Source of the DNA: Chlamydiota bacterium
GTDB taxonomy: Bacteria > Chlamydiota > Chlamydiia > Chlamydiales > SM23-39
Direction: 5' to 3'
Assembly (NCBI GenBank): GCA_027366035.1
Contig: DAHXLK010000017.1
Span: 8,137-72,136 of the forward strand
DNA length: 64,000 nt
Position numbers and translations under genes: made by a program. The notes under the pieces were generated by a model that was not told where the DNA came from, made no database searches, and saw only the letters and a program-made list of their open reading frames with translations. Positions within the stretch are counted from its first letter, which is position 1. Each line of letters opens with the position of its first letter. Of the stretch, positions 28,441-38,603 are shown one piece after another.

Positions 28441-28869
28441 ATGAAGCCGGAAGAAATTAAAGAACTCATCTCTCTTTTAGAAAAAGGGTCATTAAAAAAG
28501 ATAGTTATCAAAAAAGGGGATTTTGAAATCCAGTTAGAAAAGGATGGGTCTAGCAACTCCTGTGTAGAGAAGACACGTCACGATACTCTTCATGAAAAGG
28601 TAAAATACCCTCCTGAAAGCCCTCCTCCCAAAGCCGGCAACTATGTCTCTTCTCCTATGGTGGGGACTTTTTATGCGGCCCCTTCTGCCAATCAACCTAC
28701 CTTTGTAAAGCTGGGAGATAAGGTATCGGAGGATACGGTTGTCTGTATCATCGAAGCGATGAAAGTAATGAATGAGGTCAAAGCAGGACAAAAAGGAGAA
28801 GTGGCCGAAATCCTTGTCGATAACACACAACCTGTGGAGTTTGGAACGAAACTGTTCCGCATTATATGA
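28441..28869 (+). CDS. accB: Biotin carboxyl carrier protein of acetyl-CoA carboxylase
   Basis: 142-aa ORF. Biotinylation motif [11 protein letters not shown]. Confidence 0.94.
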   Translation: MKPEEIKELISLLEKGSLKKIVIKKGDFEIQLEKDGSSNSCVEKTRHDTLHEKVKYPPESPPPKAGNYVSSPMVGTFYAAPSANQPTFVKLGDKVSEDTVVCIIEAMKVMNEVKAGQKGEVAEILVDNTQPVEFGTKLFRII

Positions 28870-30233
28870 AGAAAATTTTAATAGCCAATAGGGGAGAGAT
28901 TGCCGTCCGCATTATCCGGGCCTGTCACGATTTGGGCCTACAGACAGTTGCTGTCTATTCGGAGTCTGATGCCGAAGCTCTCCATGTCCTTTTGGCTGAT
29001 GAGGCGATCTGTATCGGAGAGGCTCCGTCATCTAAGTCCTATCTTAAAATTTCCAATATCATCTCCGCTTGTGAAATCACCGGTGCCGACGCTATTCACC
29101 CGGGATATGGATTTTTAAGTGAAAATGCTAACTTTGCTAAAATCTGCGAAAGCTGCGGCCTTATTTTTATCGGTCCCCCTTCTTCTGCTATCGGGAAATT
29201 AGGAAATAAGGCTGAGGCGAAAGCGATTGCTAAAAAGGTAAAGTGTCCTATTATTTCCGGTTCTGATGGGATAGTCCTTGATATGAAAGAGGGGATTGGG
29301 GTTGCTAGAAAGGTCGGCTATCCGATTTTCATCAAAGCAGTTGCCGGTGGTGGTGGTAAAGGAATACGTATCGCTTATTCAGAAGAGGAGTTTGCTAAGA
29401 AATTTATGGCGGCCAAAGCTGAAGCCGAGGCTTCTTTTAATAACGGAGATATCTATCTCGAAAAGATGATCGTAAATCCACGCCATGTCGAGGTACAGGT
29501 GGTCGGCGATACGTATGGAAACTATGCCTATTTAGGAGAAAGAGATTGTTCGATCCAGAGGAGGAGGCAAAAGCTTATCGAAGAGACCCCAAGCCCTATT
29601 CTTACCGATTCTATCCGTAAGAAAATTGGGCAAGCGGCTGTAGATATTGTAAAAGAGGTAGGCTACTACTCAGTAGGAACGGTTGAATTTCTCCTCGATG
29701 AGAAGAAGAATTTTTATTTCATGGAGGTCAATACCCGGATACAGGTAGAGCATACGGTGACCGAAGAGTTGACCGGGATCGACCTTGTCCAAGAGCAGAT
29801 TAGGATTGCGCAAGGGAAGCAGCTTTCTTTCAGGCAAAAAGATCTCACCTTTCGAGGGCATGTTATTCAGTGTCGTATCAATGCCGAAAATCCTAATGCC
29901 GGCTTTTCTCCTTGCCCCGGGATCCTCGACTATTATATCTCTCCGGGAGGGCCCCATGTTCGTGTCGATAGCGCCTGCTATACCGGCTATAAGATCCCCC
30001 CCCACTACGATTCGATGATTGCCAAGCTGATTGTCCGTGGAACTAATAGAGAAGATGCGATACGCAAAGTAAGAAGGGCTTTAAAAGAATTTCATATCTC
30101 CGGAGTCCATTCTACGATCCCTTTTCATCAATATATGATGGAAGATAAGCGGTATCTTACAGGAGATTATACGCTGGAATATGTCGATTCTTTAATTGCG
30201 GCCGGTTGTAAGTTTGAGCCAATGAAATCATGA
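28866..30233 (+). CDS. accC: Biotin carboxylase subunit of acetyl-CoA carboxylase
   Basis: 455-aa [44 protein letters not shown]. Confidence 0.97.
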   Translation: MKKILIANRGEIAVRIIRACHDLGLQTVAVYSESDAEALHVLLADEAICIGEAPSSKSYLKISNIISACEITGADAIHPGYGFLSENANFAKICESCGLIFIGPPSSAIGKLGNKAEAKAIAKKVKCPIISGSDGIVLDMKEGIGVARKVGYPIFIKAVAGGGGKGIRIAYSEEEFAKKFMAAKAEAEASFNNGDIYLEKMIVNPRHVEVQVVGDTYGNYAYLGERDCSIQRRRQKLIEETPSPILTDSIRKKIGQAAVDIVKEVGYYSVGTVEFLLDEKKNFYFMEVNTRIQVEHTVTEELTGIDLVQEQIRIAQGKQLSFRQKDLTFRGHVIQCRINAENPNAGFSPCPGILDYYISPGGPHVRVDSACYTGYKIPPHYDSMIAKLIVRGTNREDAIRKVRRALKEFHISGVHSTIPFHQYMMEDKRYLTGDYTLEYVDSLIAAGCKFEPMKS

Positions 30234-31165
30234 AAGGGATCATTTTAGCAGGGGGTAAGGGGACAAGGCTCTATCCGACAACTCTTGCCTTATGCAAACA
30301 GCTCCTTCCCATATTCGATAAGCCGATGATTTATTACCCCCTTTCTACGTTGATGCTAGCGGGAATTTCCGAGATCTTAATTATTTCCACCCCTGAAGAT
30401 ACTCCGATCTTTCAAAGGTTGTTCCAAGACGGCTCACATCTTGGGCTGAAACTTTCTTATGAGGTACAAAAAAAGCCTGAAGGGCTTGCTCAAGCGTTCC
30501 TTATCGGGAAGAATTTTATTGGCAAAGATACTGTTGCCCTTATCTTAGGAGATAATATTTTTCATGGCCACGAACTCGGCCCCCTTTTTACTAGCTGTAC
30601 TTTTCTGAAAAAGGGGGCAATAATCTTTGGCTATCAGGTGAAGGATCCTCACAGATATGGAGTTATTGTCTATAAAAATAATCGTGCGATCAGCCTCGAA
30701 GAGAAGCCCGAGTCTCCACAGTCTCCTTTTGCCGTTCCGGGGCTTTATTTTTATGATAATGATGTGGTACATATCGCAGCTGCTATACAACCTTCCGCAC
30801 GAGGAGAGCTAGAGATTACCGATATCAATAGAGCCTATCTTGAACGGGGGGATTTGCAGGTGAAACTTTTAGGGAGGGGATTTGCTTGGCTCGATACAGG
30901 AACTTTAGAAACCTTTCAGCAAGCATCCCATTTTGTCCAAGTATTGCAAGAAAGACAAGGTTTGAAGATCGCCTGTATCGAAGAGATCGCTTACTATAAA
31001 GGGTTTATCACAAAAGAAGAACTTTACCAAATAGCGGTAAATTATCCGACTAATGATTATGGAAACTATCTCCTACAGATAGCTAAAAATTCTCAAGCCC
31101 AAGAGATTTTAGATAATGAGTCTGTATCCCCTCTACGATTTCATCAGGGTCATCCGTTACCTTGA
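30230..31165 (+). CDS. rmlA: Glucose-1-phosphate thymidylyltransferase
   Basis: 311-aa [21 protein letters not shown]...LGDNIF...EITDIN. It has about 25 extra C-terminal residues that overlap the convergent LOG-family gene. Confidence 0.9.
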   Translation: MKGIILAGGKGTRLYPTTLALCKQLLPIFDKPMIYYPLSTLMLAGISEILIISTPEDTPIFQRLFQDGSHLGLKLSYEVQKKPEGLAQAFLIGKNFIGKDTVALILGDNIFHGHELGPLFTSCTFLKKGAIIFGYQVKDPHRYGVIVYKNNRAISLEEKPESPQSPFAVPGLYFYDNDVVHIAAAIQPSARGELEITDINRAYLERGDLQVKLLGRGFAWLDTGTLETFQQASHFVQVLQERQGLKIACIEEIAYYKGFITKEELYQIAVNYPTNDYGNYLLQIAKNSQAQEILDNESVSPLRFHQGHPLP

Positions 31166-31754
31166 AAAAAGATAGCTCTTTTGAGGAAAGATTCCCCCTT
31201 TTGACTACTGTTTTTTTCAGCCATTCTAAGAGTCCTTCCCAATACTCTTTTCCTACCAAGTAAATAGGGAAAGCTTGGATTCTTTTGGTTTGAATCAGGG
31301 TGATTGCTTCGAAAAATTCGTCGAGGGTCCCATATCCTCCGGGTAAGACGACAAATCCTTTCGCATAACGGACAAACATCACTTTGCGGATGAAAAAGTA
31401 GCGGTGATTTAAATGGTATTTGGAATCAATATAACGATTAACCTGCTCCTCTTCCGGAAGGATAATACATAGGCCGCACGACTTTCCTTTGGCTTCTTGG
31501 GCTCCTCGATTAGCGGCTTCCATAATACCTGTCCCCCCACCGGTAATGATCCCAAACCCTTTTTTTGCGATTTTTATAGCAATAGTTTTGCAGAGTTCAT
31601 AATAGGTATCTCCTTCTAAAATTCTCAGCGATCCGAAGAAAGCAATAGAGGGGCCAAGCTGAGTCATCGTTTCAAAACCATCGACAAGTTCGGAGACGAT
31701 ACGAAACACTCTCCAGGAATCTAAGGAGGGGACTTTGTGCGGGCCTTCCATCAA
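31083..31754 (-). CDS. LOG-family (TIGR00730) Rossmann-fold nucleotide-binding protein, putative nucleotide 5'-monophosphate nucleosidase
   Basis: 223-aa ORF. Motifs [16 protein letters not shown] and [15 protein letters not shown]. Confidence 0.85.
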   Translation of the reverse strand: MMEGPHKVPSLDSWRVFRIVSELVDGFETMTQLGPSIAFFGSLRILEGDTYYELCKTIAIKIAKKGFGIITGGGTGIMEAANRGAQEAKGKSCGLCIILPEEEQVNRYIDSKYHLNHRYFFIRKVMFVRYAKGFVVLPGGYGTLDEFFEAITLIQTKRIQAFPIYLVGKEYWEGLLEWLKKTVVKRGNLSSKELSFFKVTDDPDEIVEGIQTHYLKSLGLENF

Positions 31755-32641
31755 ATCTTTTTCTGTTTCACCATTTTTTTCAGCGGTCCTTTATCTCCGC
31801 TGATCCCCTTACCATAAGCTACCTCGTGAAGATTTTCAATAGCCATAAACGAAAGGGGGTCTTCTCGTAAAACAATCTCTTTTAGCGTGGAGAGGTCTAG
31901 CCTTTCTAAAATTACCATCAAAATATCCCGGTCTTCTCCCGAATAGCCACCCCTTCCTTTAATGATAGTAAGTCCGAGGCCCATCTCATGCATAATGAGT
32001 TTGCTAAGCCTTTCAGGGTCAGAAGATACGATCATTACCGATTTGAGCTCATCGAGGCCGGAGATCATGGTGTCGATCATTTTGAAGGCAACAACATAGA
32101 CAAGGAGCGATTGCAGGGCAATATGCCAGTCCATAAAGATAAGGCCATAAGCGCCAAAGATAAAGATGTTGAAAAACAAGATGATCTGTCCCACAGTATA
32201 TCCCTTTTTCCTATTGAGGATAATGGCTAAGATTTCCGTTCCGTCGGTACAGCCTCCATTTCGGATGATGAGGCCGGCCCCTGCTCCTAGCATGGCGCCA
32301 CCGATGACGACAATTTCAAAGAGGTCCCCTTGAAATGGAGGGGCAGACTCTAAGACTGCCAGGAATAAAGCGAAAACAACCGTAGCGAAGAACATGTGGA
32401 TGACAAAGCTTCTTCGGATATGCTTATATGCCATATAAATAAACGGCAAATTAAGGAAGATGATAAAAAGAGAAAGCCATTTTCCTCCTATGAGCCTGGC
32501 TAGGATCAGGGCTATTCCTATCACTCCGCCATCGATCAAGTAATTGGGGAAGATAAAGACTCGAATGGCAAGGGCGGCCAGGAAAGCACCTATAGCGATC
32601 CAGAGGATATCGATAATTTTAGAAGGTATAGTTTTTTTCAT
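31751..32641 (-). CDS. YitT-family membrane protein (DUF2179 C-terminal domain)
   Basis: 296-aa ORF. Five or six TM segments, then a soluble C-terminal domain (GLTIIKGRGGYSGEDRDILMVIL). Confidence 0.8.
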   Translation of the reverse strand: MKKTIPSKIIDILWIAIGAFLAALAIRVFIFPNYLIDGGVIGIALILARLIGGKWLSLFIIFLNLPFIYMAYKHIRRSFVIHMFFATVVFALFLAVLESAPPFQGDLFEIVVIGGAMLGAGAGLIIRNGGCTDGTEILAIILNRKKGYTVGQIILFFNIFIFGAYGLIFMDWHIALQSLLVYVVAFKMIDTMISGLDELKSVMIVSSDPERLSKLIMHEMGLGLTIIKGRGGYSGEDRDILMVILERLDLSTLKEIVLREDPLSFMAIENLHEVAYGKGISGDKGPLKKMVKQKKI

Positions 32642-32661
32642 TTACCGGCCACTAATAAGAT

Positions 32662-32735
32662 CGCGGGAGACGGGGCTTGAACCCGCAACTTCCGCCGTGA
32701 CAGGGCGGTGCTCTAACCAATTGAACTACTCCCGC
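32662..32735 (-). tRNA. tRNA-Asp (anticodon GTC)
   Basis: Hand-folded cloverleaf. Acceptor gcgggag/ctcccgc. Anticodon stem ccgcc/ggcgg with loop ctGTCac. T-loop ttcaagc. Discriminator G. Confidence 0.9.
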
Positions 32736-32749
32736 AACATAGCAAGATT

Positions 32750-32822
32750 TGGGCGCAACAGGACTCGAACCTATGACCGCCTGTGTGTAAGACAGGAGCT
32801 CTACCAGCTGAGCTATACGCCC
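32750..32822 (-). tRNA. tRNA-Val (anticodon TAC)
   Basis: Hand-folded cloverleaf. Acceptor gggcgta/tgcgccc. Anticodon stem cctgt/acagg with loop ctTACac. T-loop ttcgagt. Confidence 0.9.
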
Positions 32823-32874
32823 AAAAACTAGTCTGTAAATTTATAAGTTTTAAGAATTTTCTACAAGAAGATTT

Positions 32875-32908
32875 GCCCCCCTCCATTAACGGACAAGGGG
32901 GGCTTTTT
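32875..32908. terminator. GC-rich hairpin (gcccccc...gggggc) followed by a T-run on the plus strand
   Basis: 7-bp G/C stem 32875-32881 / 32897-32903, then ttttt at 32904-32908. It lies between the DUF378 gene and tRNA-Val. The strand of action is unclear. Confidence 0.35.
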
Positions 32909-32913
32909 AAAAA

Positions 32914-33120
32914 CTATATTTTTCTTGATAGAGATTTGAAATTAAGGACAAAGACCACTGCCGCTATCCCAAATAGCACATCGACTAGGTCTGCTAACCA
33001 ATTGGGTCCCAATAGATAATTAACCATATCGAGTTCCCAAAGGGCATAAATTCCCCAAAGTATTCCAGAAATAGTTATCAAAATAAAAGATACCCCTTCT
33101 AATTTTTTCATCATATACAC
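32914..33120 (-). CDS. DUF378-family small membrane protein (paralog 1 of 3)
   Basis: 68 aa. ILWGIYALWELDMVNYLLGPNWLADLVDVLFGIAAVVFVL. Confidence 0.8.
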   Translation of the reverse strand: MYMMKKLEGVSFILITISGILWGIYALWELDMVNYLLGPNWLADLVDVLFGIAAVVFVLNFKSLSRKI

Positions 33121-33125
33121 ACCAT

Positions 33126-33344
33126 TTAATTAACTTTTCCTTTTATTATAGATCTAGCGTTAAGTAAAAAAAATACCCCTGCAAGGCCAAAGGCTACGTA
33201 AATCGAACTAGAAAACCAATTAGGACCAAGTAAGTAATTGATTAGATCTACTTCCCAAAGACCATAAACACCCCAAAGTACTGCAGAGACAGTTAATAAT
33301 CCAAAACAGAAACTTTTAAGATTTTTTATCATATGAACACCCAT
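33126..33344 (-). CDS. DUF378-family small membrane protein (paralog 2 of 3)
   Basis: 72 aa. VLWGVYGLWEVDLINYLLGPNWFSSSIYVAFGLAGVFFLL. Confidence 0.8.
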   Translation of the reverse strand: MGVHMIKNLKSFCFGLLTVSAVLWGVYGLWEVDLINYLLGPNWFSSSIYVAFGLAGVFFLLNARSIIKGKVN

Positions 33345-33449
33345 ATTTACATAAACTCTCTAATTTTTATTTTATATAAAACTTATTTTAATTAAAGTAA
33401 ATGTTTCAAGGACACTGGGTGTTTATATCCTTAATATATTGGTGTTTAA

Positions 33450-33659
33450 TTATTTAAACCATTTCTTCCTAGCATGCTGATAGGTGACGGCTAAAAATAT
33501 CCCGGAAAACCCAAAAATGACGTAGATAATGTCTGTGAGCCATATAGGACCTAATAAACATGTTATTAGTTCGAAGTCAAACAACCCTACTATCCCCCAT
33601 AAAATCCCTGAAAGAATTGAAAGGATAAAACTACCTATAAAAATCTTTTTTAGTATCAT
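33450..33659 (-). CDS. DUF378-family small membrane protein (paralog 3 of 3)
   Basis: 69 aa. ILWGIVGLFDFELITCLLGPIWLTDIIYVIFGFSGIFLAV. Confidence 0.8.
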   Translation of the reverse strand: MILKKIFIGSFILSILSGILWGIVGLFDFELITCLLGPIWLTDIIYVIFGFSGIFLAVTYQHARKKWFK

Positions 33660-34435
33660 AGTTTTGTAAATATCTCCTCAAAATAAACCTTGTGTTTTTC
33701 AAGGTGTTCATGATCTGTTAATTCATTTACATGGACAGGGACGGCAGTGATGTAGCCTTTATCTAACCAAGAGACATCACTATCTGCCTCTTCCGTACAT
33801 TCTTTCCACTTTCCTCCCAACCAAAAATAAGGATCTCCTTCGGGATGGATCCTCCTGTCCGGATTATCGGTCCAAAATCCTTTCCCCTGTCTAGTCATTT
33901 TGAATCCTTTGATTTTTTCGTGCTTGCTAATGGGGAAATTGACATTTATTAGGGTTCCGGTTTTAGGGGGGTGACGCATGAAATGATCGACAATAGGATG
34001 AATATATTTTACGAACCTTTCATAGCTGGGATTATTGAAATCGGAAGAGGAAAAGGCGATTCCCGGCAAGTCGTTTCTATAGACCCCTTCGATCACACCT
34101 CCGATGGTCCCGCTATAAAGCACCGTCCTTCCGCTATTTGATCCTCGGTTAATACCCGATACAATACAGTCGGGAGGGGCATCCATTAATGTGTTTAGAG
34201 CTAACTTGACACAGTCGCTGGGAGTGCCGGTGACGCTATAGGCTTTATCTCCGTTTTCCCAGGGTATCTGGAAGATTTTTAAAGGTTTGGCAAGGGTCAT
34301 AGAAAGGCCGGAGCCGGATCGTTCATTGATGGGGGCGACGATGGTGATCTTTGCTTTTCCCGTTAGGGCTTTATATAGATACTTTAGCCCTTCGGCATAG
34401 ATGCCGTCGTCATTCACTAGCAGTATATTTCTCAT
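33656..34435 (-). CDS. surE: 5'/3'-nucleotidase SurE
   Basis: Start taken at MRNILLVNDDGI (the track ORF extends 12 codons further, to 34471). Motifs GINRGSN and LYSGTIGG. Confidence 0.92.
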   Translation of the reverse strand: MRNILLVNDDGIYAEGLKYLYKALTGKAKITIVAPINERSGSGLSMTLAKPLKIFQIPWENGDKAYSVTGTPSDCVKLALNTLMDAPPDCIVSGINRGSNSGRTVLYSGTIGGVIEGVYRNDLPGIAFSSSDFNNPSYERFVKYIHPIVDHFMRHPPKTGTLINVNFPISKHEKIKGFKMTRQGKGFWTDNPDRRIHPEGDPYFWLGGKWKECTEEADSDVSWLDKGYITAVPVHVNELTDHEHLEKHKVYFEEIFTKL

Positions 34436-35858
34436 TTTTCCCTTCATAATATTTAGTAATATAGGAAACAAGATAAATTGTAAAAAGACTTAAACAAAAC
34501 CCGGGGAGCATCGCCGGAATTTCACTTTTTAAAGCGGGCCAAAGGGCTCCTATCAGCCCTCCTACAATGATACCCCATAAGCCGCCATGCCGGTTGATCT
34601 TTTTAGAATACAGAGAGGTTAAAAGGAGGGGGCCAAAAGCAGATCCTAATCCGGCCCAGGCGTAGAAGACGAGTTTATAAATCGTCGATATCTTAAAAAA
34701 GGCGATCACAAAAGCGGTGATAGAGATTAATACTACGCTAATTCTGGAGACCCGGAGGAGATCGGAGCTTGTAGCATCCCTTTGAACCAATCTCTTATAG
34801 AAATCTTCTGACAAGCTAGAGGCTGCCACTAAAATTTGTGCCGCCATCACATTGGTAGTGGCGGCTAGTATTGCGCATAAGACAAGCCCTGCAAAAAAAG
34901 GAAAAAAATACTCTTTAACTATGGAGAGGATGAGGAGCTCTGGATTGGACAGTTTTTCCGGAAAATAGAAGATTCCCAAAAACCCAATCAGTGTGGCCGC
35001 AATTAAAGCGGTGATTTGCCAGCTAAGCCCTAGTATCATGGATTTAAATATATCCCGTATATTTTTAATGCCCATGAATTTAGTGATGATATGTGGTTGT
35101 CCGAAATAACCTAGTCCCCAGCCGCAGGTAAGGAAGAAGATTTGCAGCCATGTTTTAGAGGAAAAATCGGGAAATAGCGAGGTGGTTAAGTGGAGGGTTT
35201 TGGCGGCGCTAGCTGCTTTATCAAAGCTTTCTATTTTTACTAGAAGATAAATAGGGATAAAGACGATCACTCCCAGTAAAAAAAACCCTTGTACTAAATC
35301 GATCCAGGCAACGGTTTTATAGCCTCCTAAAAAAACGTAGAGCATGACAATAAAAAGGCCAAGAGAGATGCCCATCCAGTAGTGGAGGTTGAAGAGTGTT
35401 TCTACTAGTAGGCCCATCCCTATGAGTCCTGAGGAGATATAGATCGTATAGAAAAGAAGGGAGATGATGGCGGAGACAATTCTAATCTTGCCTCCCGGAT
35501 CAACGATTCTATTTTCGAAATAGGCGTTTAAGGTGAGGCTGTTGGTTTGTTCGGTGATGATCCGGATACGTGGCGCTATGAATTGCCAGTTGCAATACAT
35601 GAATATTGTCAGGCCTATCGCAGCCCAAGTATTGAAAAGGCCGCCGGAATAGATGAGGGCAGGGTAGGCTAAAAAAAGCCAGCTACTCATATCGCTTGCG
35701 TGTGCCGATAAAGCAGTTAGCCAAAAGTTGAGCGACCGATCTCCTAAGATGAATTCGGTATCGGTTTTTTGTTTATGGGTGGTGAGGAGACCGATTCCTA
35801 ATAATAGAGCAAAATAGATGAAAAAAGTGGCGTACTGAATGATGTGCATAACAATCAA
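34410..35858 (-). CDS. Sodium:solute symporter family transporter (PanF/PutP-like)
   Basis: 482-aa polytopic ORF. SSF signature region GGYKTVAWIDLVQG. Confidence 0.85.
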   Translation of the reverse strand: MIVMHIIQYATFFIYFALLLGIGLLTTHKQKTDTEFILGDRSLNFWLTALSAHASDMSSWLFLAYPALIYSGGLFNTWAAIGLTIFMYCNWQFIAPRIRIITEQTNSLTLNAYFENRIVDPGGKIRIVSAIISLLFYTIYISSGLIGMGLLVETLFNLHYWMGISLGLFIVMLYVFLGGYKTVAWIDLVQGFFLLGVIVFIPIYLLVKIESFDKAASAAKTLHLTTSLFPDFSSKTWLQIFFLTCGWGLGYFGQPHIITKFMGIKNIRDIFKSMILGLSWQITALIAATLIGFLGIFYFPEKLSNPELLILSIVKEYFFPFFAGLVLCAILAATTNVMAAQILVAASSLSEDFYKRLVQRDATSSDLLRVSRISVVLISITAFVIAFFKISTIYKLVFYAWAGLGSAFGPLLLTSLYSKKINRHGGLWGIIVGGLIGALWPALKSEIPAMLPGFCLSLFTIYLVSYITKYYEGKNEKYTASE

Positions 35859-35868
35859 AATTATATAA

Positions 35869-36600
35869 TTATGGTTTTAATGTTGCCAGGAAAAGGTTAC
35901 CTCTAGCATGGGGGTAGAGTTTTTCCATTTCTTGAATTAATTGCTCTGTTTTTTTTCTTTGTGAGTTTTGTCCTACGGGGCAGAGGCAAGAGACCCTGTT
36001 GAACCCATACTTTTTTGAAAACTCGTACAATAGTTTTTCGGGGACATAAATAAGTGGTCTTATGATCCTAACTCCATAGTCTCGCATTTCTACTACTGGG
36101 ATATTGCCTTCTGCTTCTCCTTTATGAAGTAAGTTCATGAGAAAAGTTTGGATCGAGTCGTCTCGGTGGTGGCCAAAAGCTATGATTTTAGCTCCTACTT
36201 CCTTTGCCTTTCGAAAGAGGAGACTCCTCCTTTCTCTAGAGCAGCTATAGCACTCAAGTCCTTCTTGTTTTTGTTGCGAAGTTAGTTGGATAAAGTTCAC
36301 CCCCAGCTCTTTACAAATCCCTTTCAAAAAGGGGAGGCTGACACCGGAGCCGCAGGAGAATTCTCCGTCGACATGGAGGGCCTGCAAAGAAAGTTTAGGA
36401 AAGCCCCGACCCAAAATAGCTTGAAGCAAAAAAAGGAGGCTTAAAGAGTCTTTGCCGCCGCTTAAAGCGATAGCGAGTGCCTCTCCCCCCCCTTCTAGCA
36501 TTTGAAAATCATATAAAGCTTTACGTATCAAGCTTTCTAACTGTTTCCCTAAAGAGGTCCAAGGAGGTCTAGCGATAGGCAGCAGTATTTTCATAGACAA
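35869..36600 (-). CDS. ttcA: PP-loop ATPase, tRNA 2-thiocytidine synthetase TtcA-like
   Basis: 243-aa ORF. SGGKDS PP-loop. GHHRDDSIQTFLMNLLHKG. Cys pairs CYSC and CLCP. Confidence 0.8.
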   Translation of the reverse strand: MSMKILLPIARPPWTSLGKQLESLIRKALYDFQMLEGGGEALAIALSGGKDSLSLLFLLQAILGRGFPKLSLQALHVDGEFSCGSGVSLPFLKGICKELGVNFIQLTSQQKQEGLECYSCSRERRSLLFRKAKEVGAKIIAFGHHRDDSIQTFLMNLLHKGEAEGNIPVVEMRDYGVRIIRPLIYVPEKLLYEFSKKYGFNRVSCLCPVGQNSQRKKTEQLIQEMEKLYPHARGNLFLATLKP

Positions 36601-36648
36601 ATGATCTTCAGCTATGATAGCCTATATGGCAATTAAATAAATTTTTAT

Positions 36649-36894
36649 ATGAAAAAACCTGGTAGAAATGACCCTTGTCCATGTGGTTCTGGAAAAAAAT
36701 TTAAAAAATGCTGTGAATCTGTGATGATTGGAAAAAAATTTATGGCTAGTAAGCTGGATCAAGTATCTTCCTTACAAGGAAAGGTTACCGGCCTTACTTC
36801 CTTTTTTAAAACTAATGTCGCTACTCCCAATTCTGAAGAATCTAAAAAAAGCTTCCAAGCTACTTCTCCCCCTTCTAAGCGAGAGAATACTTGA
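36649..36894 (+). CDS. Small SEC-C metal-binding motif protein
   Basis: 81 aa. N-terminal [20 protein letters not shown]. Confidence 0.7.
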   Translation: MKKPGRNDPCPCGSGKKFKKCCESVMIGKKFMASKLDQVSSLQGKVTGLTSFFKTNVATPNSEESKKSFQATSPPSKRENT

Positions 36895-36936
36895 GGCTAA
36901 ACGATTTTTTTTGTTAAAGTTTCTAGCTATAATCCT

Positions 36937-37009
36937 GCTGGTGTAGCTCAATTGGTAGAGCACCTGACTTGTAATCAGGCGGTTGAGGGTTCAATTCCTT
37001 TCGCCAGCA
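36937..37009 (+). tRNA. tRNA-Thr (anticodon TGT)
   Basis: Acceptor gctggtg/cgccagc. D-arm agctcaattggtagagc. Anticodon stem cctga/tcagg with loop ctTGTaa. T-loop ttcaatt. Confidence 0.9.
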
Positions 37010-37024
37010 ATCTGTTATCATAAT

Positions 37025-37106
37025 GGGGGTGTCGCATAGTGGCAATTGCAAGAGACTGTAAATCTCTCGCCTTCGGGCTTCGTCAGTTCGAGTCTGACCG
37101 CCCCCA
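37025..37106 (+). tRNA. tRNA-Tyr (anticodon GTA), class II with long variable arm
   Basis: Acceptor gggggtg/cgccccc. Anticodon stem agaga/tctct with loop ctGTAaa. Variable arm cgccttcgggcttcg. T-arm gtcag-ttcgagt-ctgac. The 3' 24 nt overlap the recombinase ORF. Confidence 0.9.
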
Positions 37107-38570
37107 TTCTTCCGGACGATTCTTAAAGTCCAGCATCGTTAAGAACGGCTCTCTCACTGAAACTGAGAGACTTCCGTCCTTCAGTTGCAAGTTCTGAAAT
37201 ACTAAATCTAAAAGTTGACGTTTTTCATCCACTTCAGAACTCTCGAAGATCTTGCGAGCACGGGTTGCCAGGTTCATCACCAGGTTCGCCGTGATATAAA
37301 AGTTTAGATCGGCCTTTTCATGTCGCTTCATCTGATCCATGATCTCAGTTTGGCGACCTTTGTATGTCGTCACCCTTTCAAGGTACATCCGTTCGTCGAT
37401 GAGGCCGTCCAACTTGTCGTCATAGATTTGGTTGAGGCGTTTTTGAATGCGGTCTTGCTCTTTTCGTAGCGCTTGGAGGCTTTCCGAATGGAACAGAGCT
37501 TCTGATTCATGGATGCCCTTGAGATAACGCGTCACATCGGCGATCTGTTGTTCGGACAGAGAGATCCTATCAAAATAGGTTGATAAAGAAGCGATCAACG
37601 GCTCCTCGCGGACGTAGACCCTCTTGCAGTTACCCTTGGCATTCGTGCAGCTGTAGTAGATATAGCGTTCTTTTTTAATCTCTGGGGTTACGATACAGCC
37701 GCAATCGGAGCAGGTAATCAGACCGCGCAATACAAAAGGTTCGCTCACCGATTTGTGTGGTTTCTTATGATATCCATTGGCTACATCTTGCGCTCGTTGG
37801 TAGAGGTCTCGGGAAATGAGTGGTTGGTAGTGATGCTCGACGAGACCATATTTGGTTTGCATCATCCCCGAATAAAACGGTTTTTTGAGGATTTCATCAA
37901 TCACCGATTTAGCGATTTTATGCCCTTTTTTACTTCTGAACCCCATCCGCTCAGCCTCTTCTTGGAGTTTTAGCAGAGAGTAGTTGCCTGTTGCGTATAG
38001 CTCGAACAGTTTCGTGATGAATGGCGCGCGCTCGGGATCTGGAACGATTGTTTTGTCGCCATTTTCCTGCGCCACGTGCATGTAACCAAGAGGGGCTAGC
38101 CCAATCCAAATTCCATTTTTTGCTGCCTGCTCCTTGCTCCGTTTCACGTTATCGCTCAATTGGAGAACGTAACTTCTTGCGAACATTACTCCCATATCCC
38201 ATCTCAGGATGTCGGCGCTATTCGATTTGAGGTTCAAAACTAGTCCTTCGCGCATGAAATGGATTTCGACTTTGCCTTCTTTCCGGAGGTCCTCTAAGAC
38301 GACAGACTCTTTGAAGCTCCTCTGGACGCGATCAATCGTATCTGCGACAAGCGCGACAATTTCCTTGGATTTGTGAATCCGCTCGATGATCTTTTCGAAT
38401 TCCTTCCGTGTTTCCTTAGTCGAAGATTCGGTGATTTTAAAGACTTCCTCTATCTCCAACCCCCTGCGGGAGGCATACTCTCGCAAACGCCGTTCCTGGG
38501 CTGGAATAGACTGTCCTTCTTCTTGCTCTTTACTCGACACTCTGGCAAGCAGTATTGCTTTCATGGCCAA
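37083..38570 (-). CDS. Large serine recombinase (resolvase/invertase N-domain + recombinase domain + zinc ribbon + coiled coil)
   Basis: 495-aa ORF. N-terminal AILLARVSSKEQEEGQSIPAQ with the catalytic Ser. Zinc ribbon CSDCGCIVTPE...YYSCTNAKGNC. The last 8 codons (EEWGRSDSN) lie inside tRNA-Tyr. Confidence 0.9.
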   Translation of the reverse strand: MAMKAILLARVSSKEQEEGQSIPAQERRLREYASRRGLEIEEVFKITESSTKETRKEFEKIIERIHKSKEIVALVADTIDRVQRSFKESVVLEDLRKEGKVEIHFMREGLVLNLKSNSADILRWDMGVMFARSYVLQLSDNVKRSKEQAAKNGIWIGLAPLGYMHVAQENGDKTIVPDPERAPFITKLFELYATGNYSLLKLQEEAERMGFRSKKGHKIAKSVIDEILKKPFYSGMMQTKYGLVEHHYQPLISRDLYQRAQDVANGYHKKPHKSVSEPFVLRGLITCSDCGCIVTPEIKKERYIYYSCTNAKGNCKRVYVREEPLIASLSTYFDRISLSEQQIADVTRYLKGIHESEALFHSESLQALRKEQDRIQKRLNQIYDDKLDGLIDERMYLERVTTYKGRQTEIMDQMKRHEKADLNFYITANLVMNLATRARKIFESSEVDEKRQLLDLVFQNLQLKDGSLSVSVREPFLTMLDFKNRPEEWGRSDSN

Positions 38571-38603
38571 ACCTTTATTACTTCTTTTCGGGTCGCTATT
38601 ATA

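Noticed and set aside
31083-31165. The 83-bp convergent overlap of rmlA and the LOG-family gene, considered as a sign of a frameshift or mis-assembly.
   Set aside because: Both proteins are full length with intact conserved motifs. The overlap is explained by a non-conserved C-terminal tail of about 25 aa on RmlA caused by a late stop codon.
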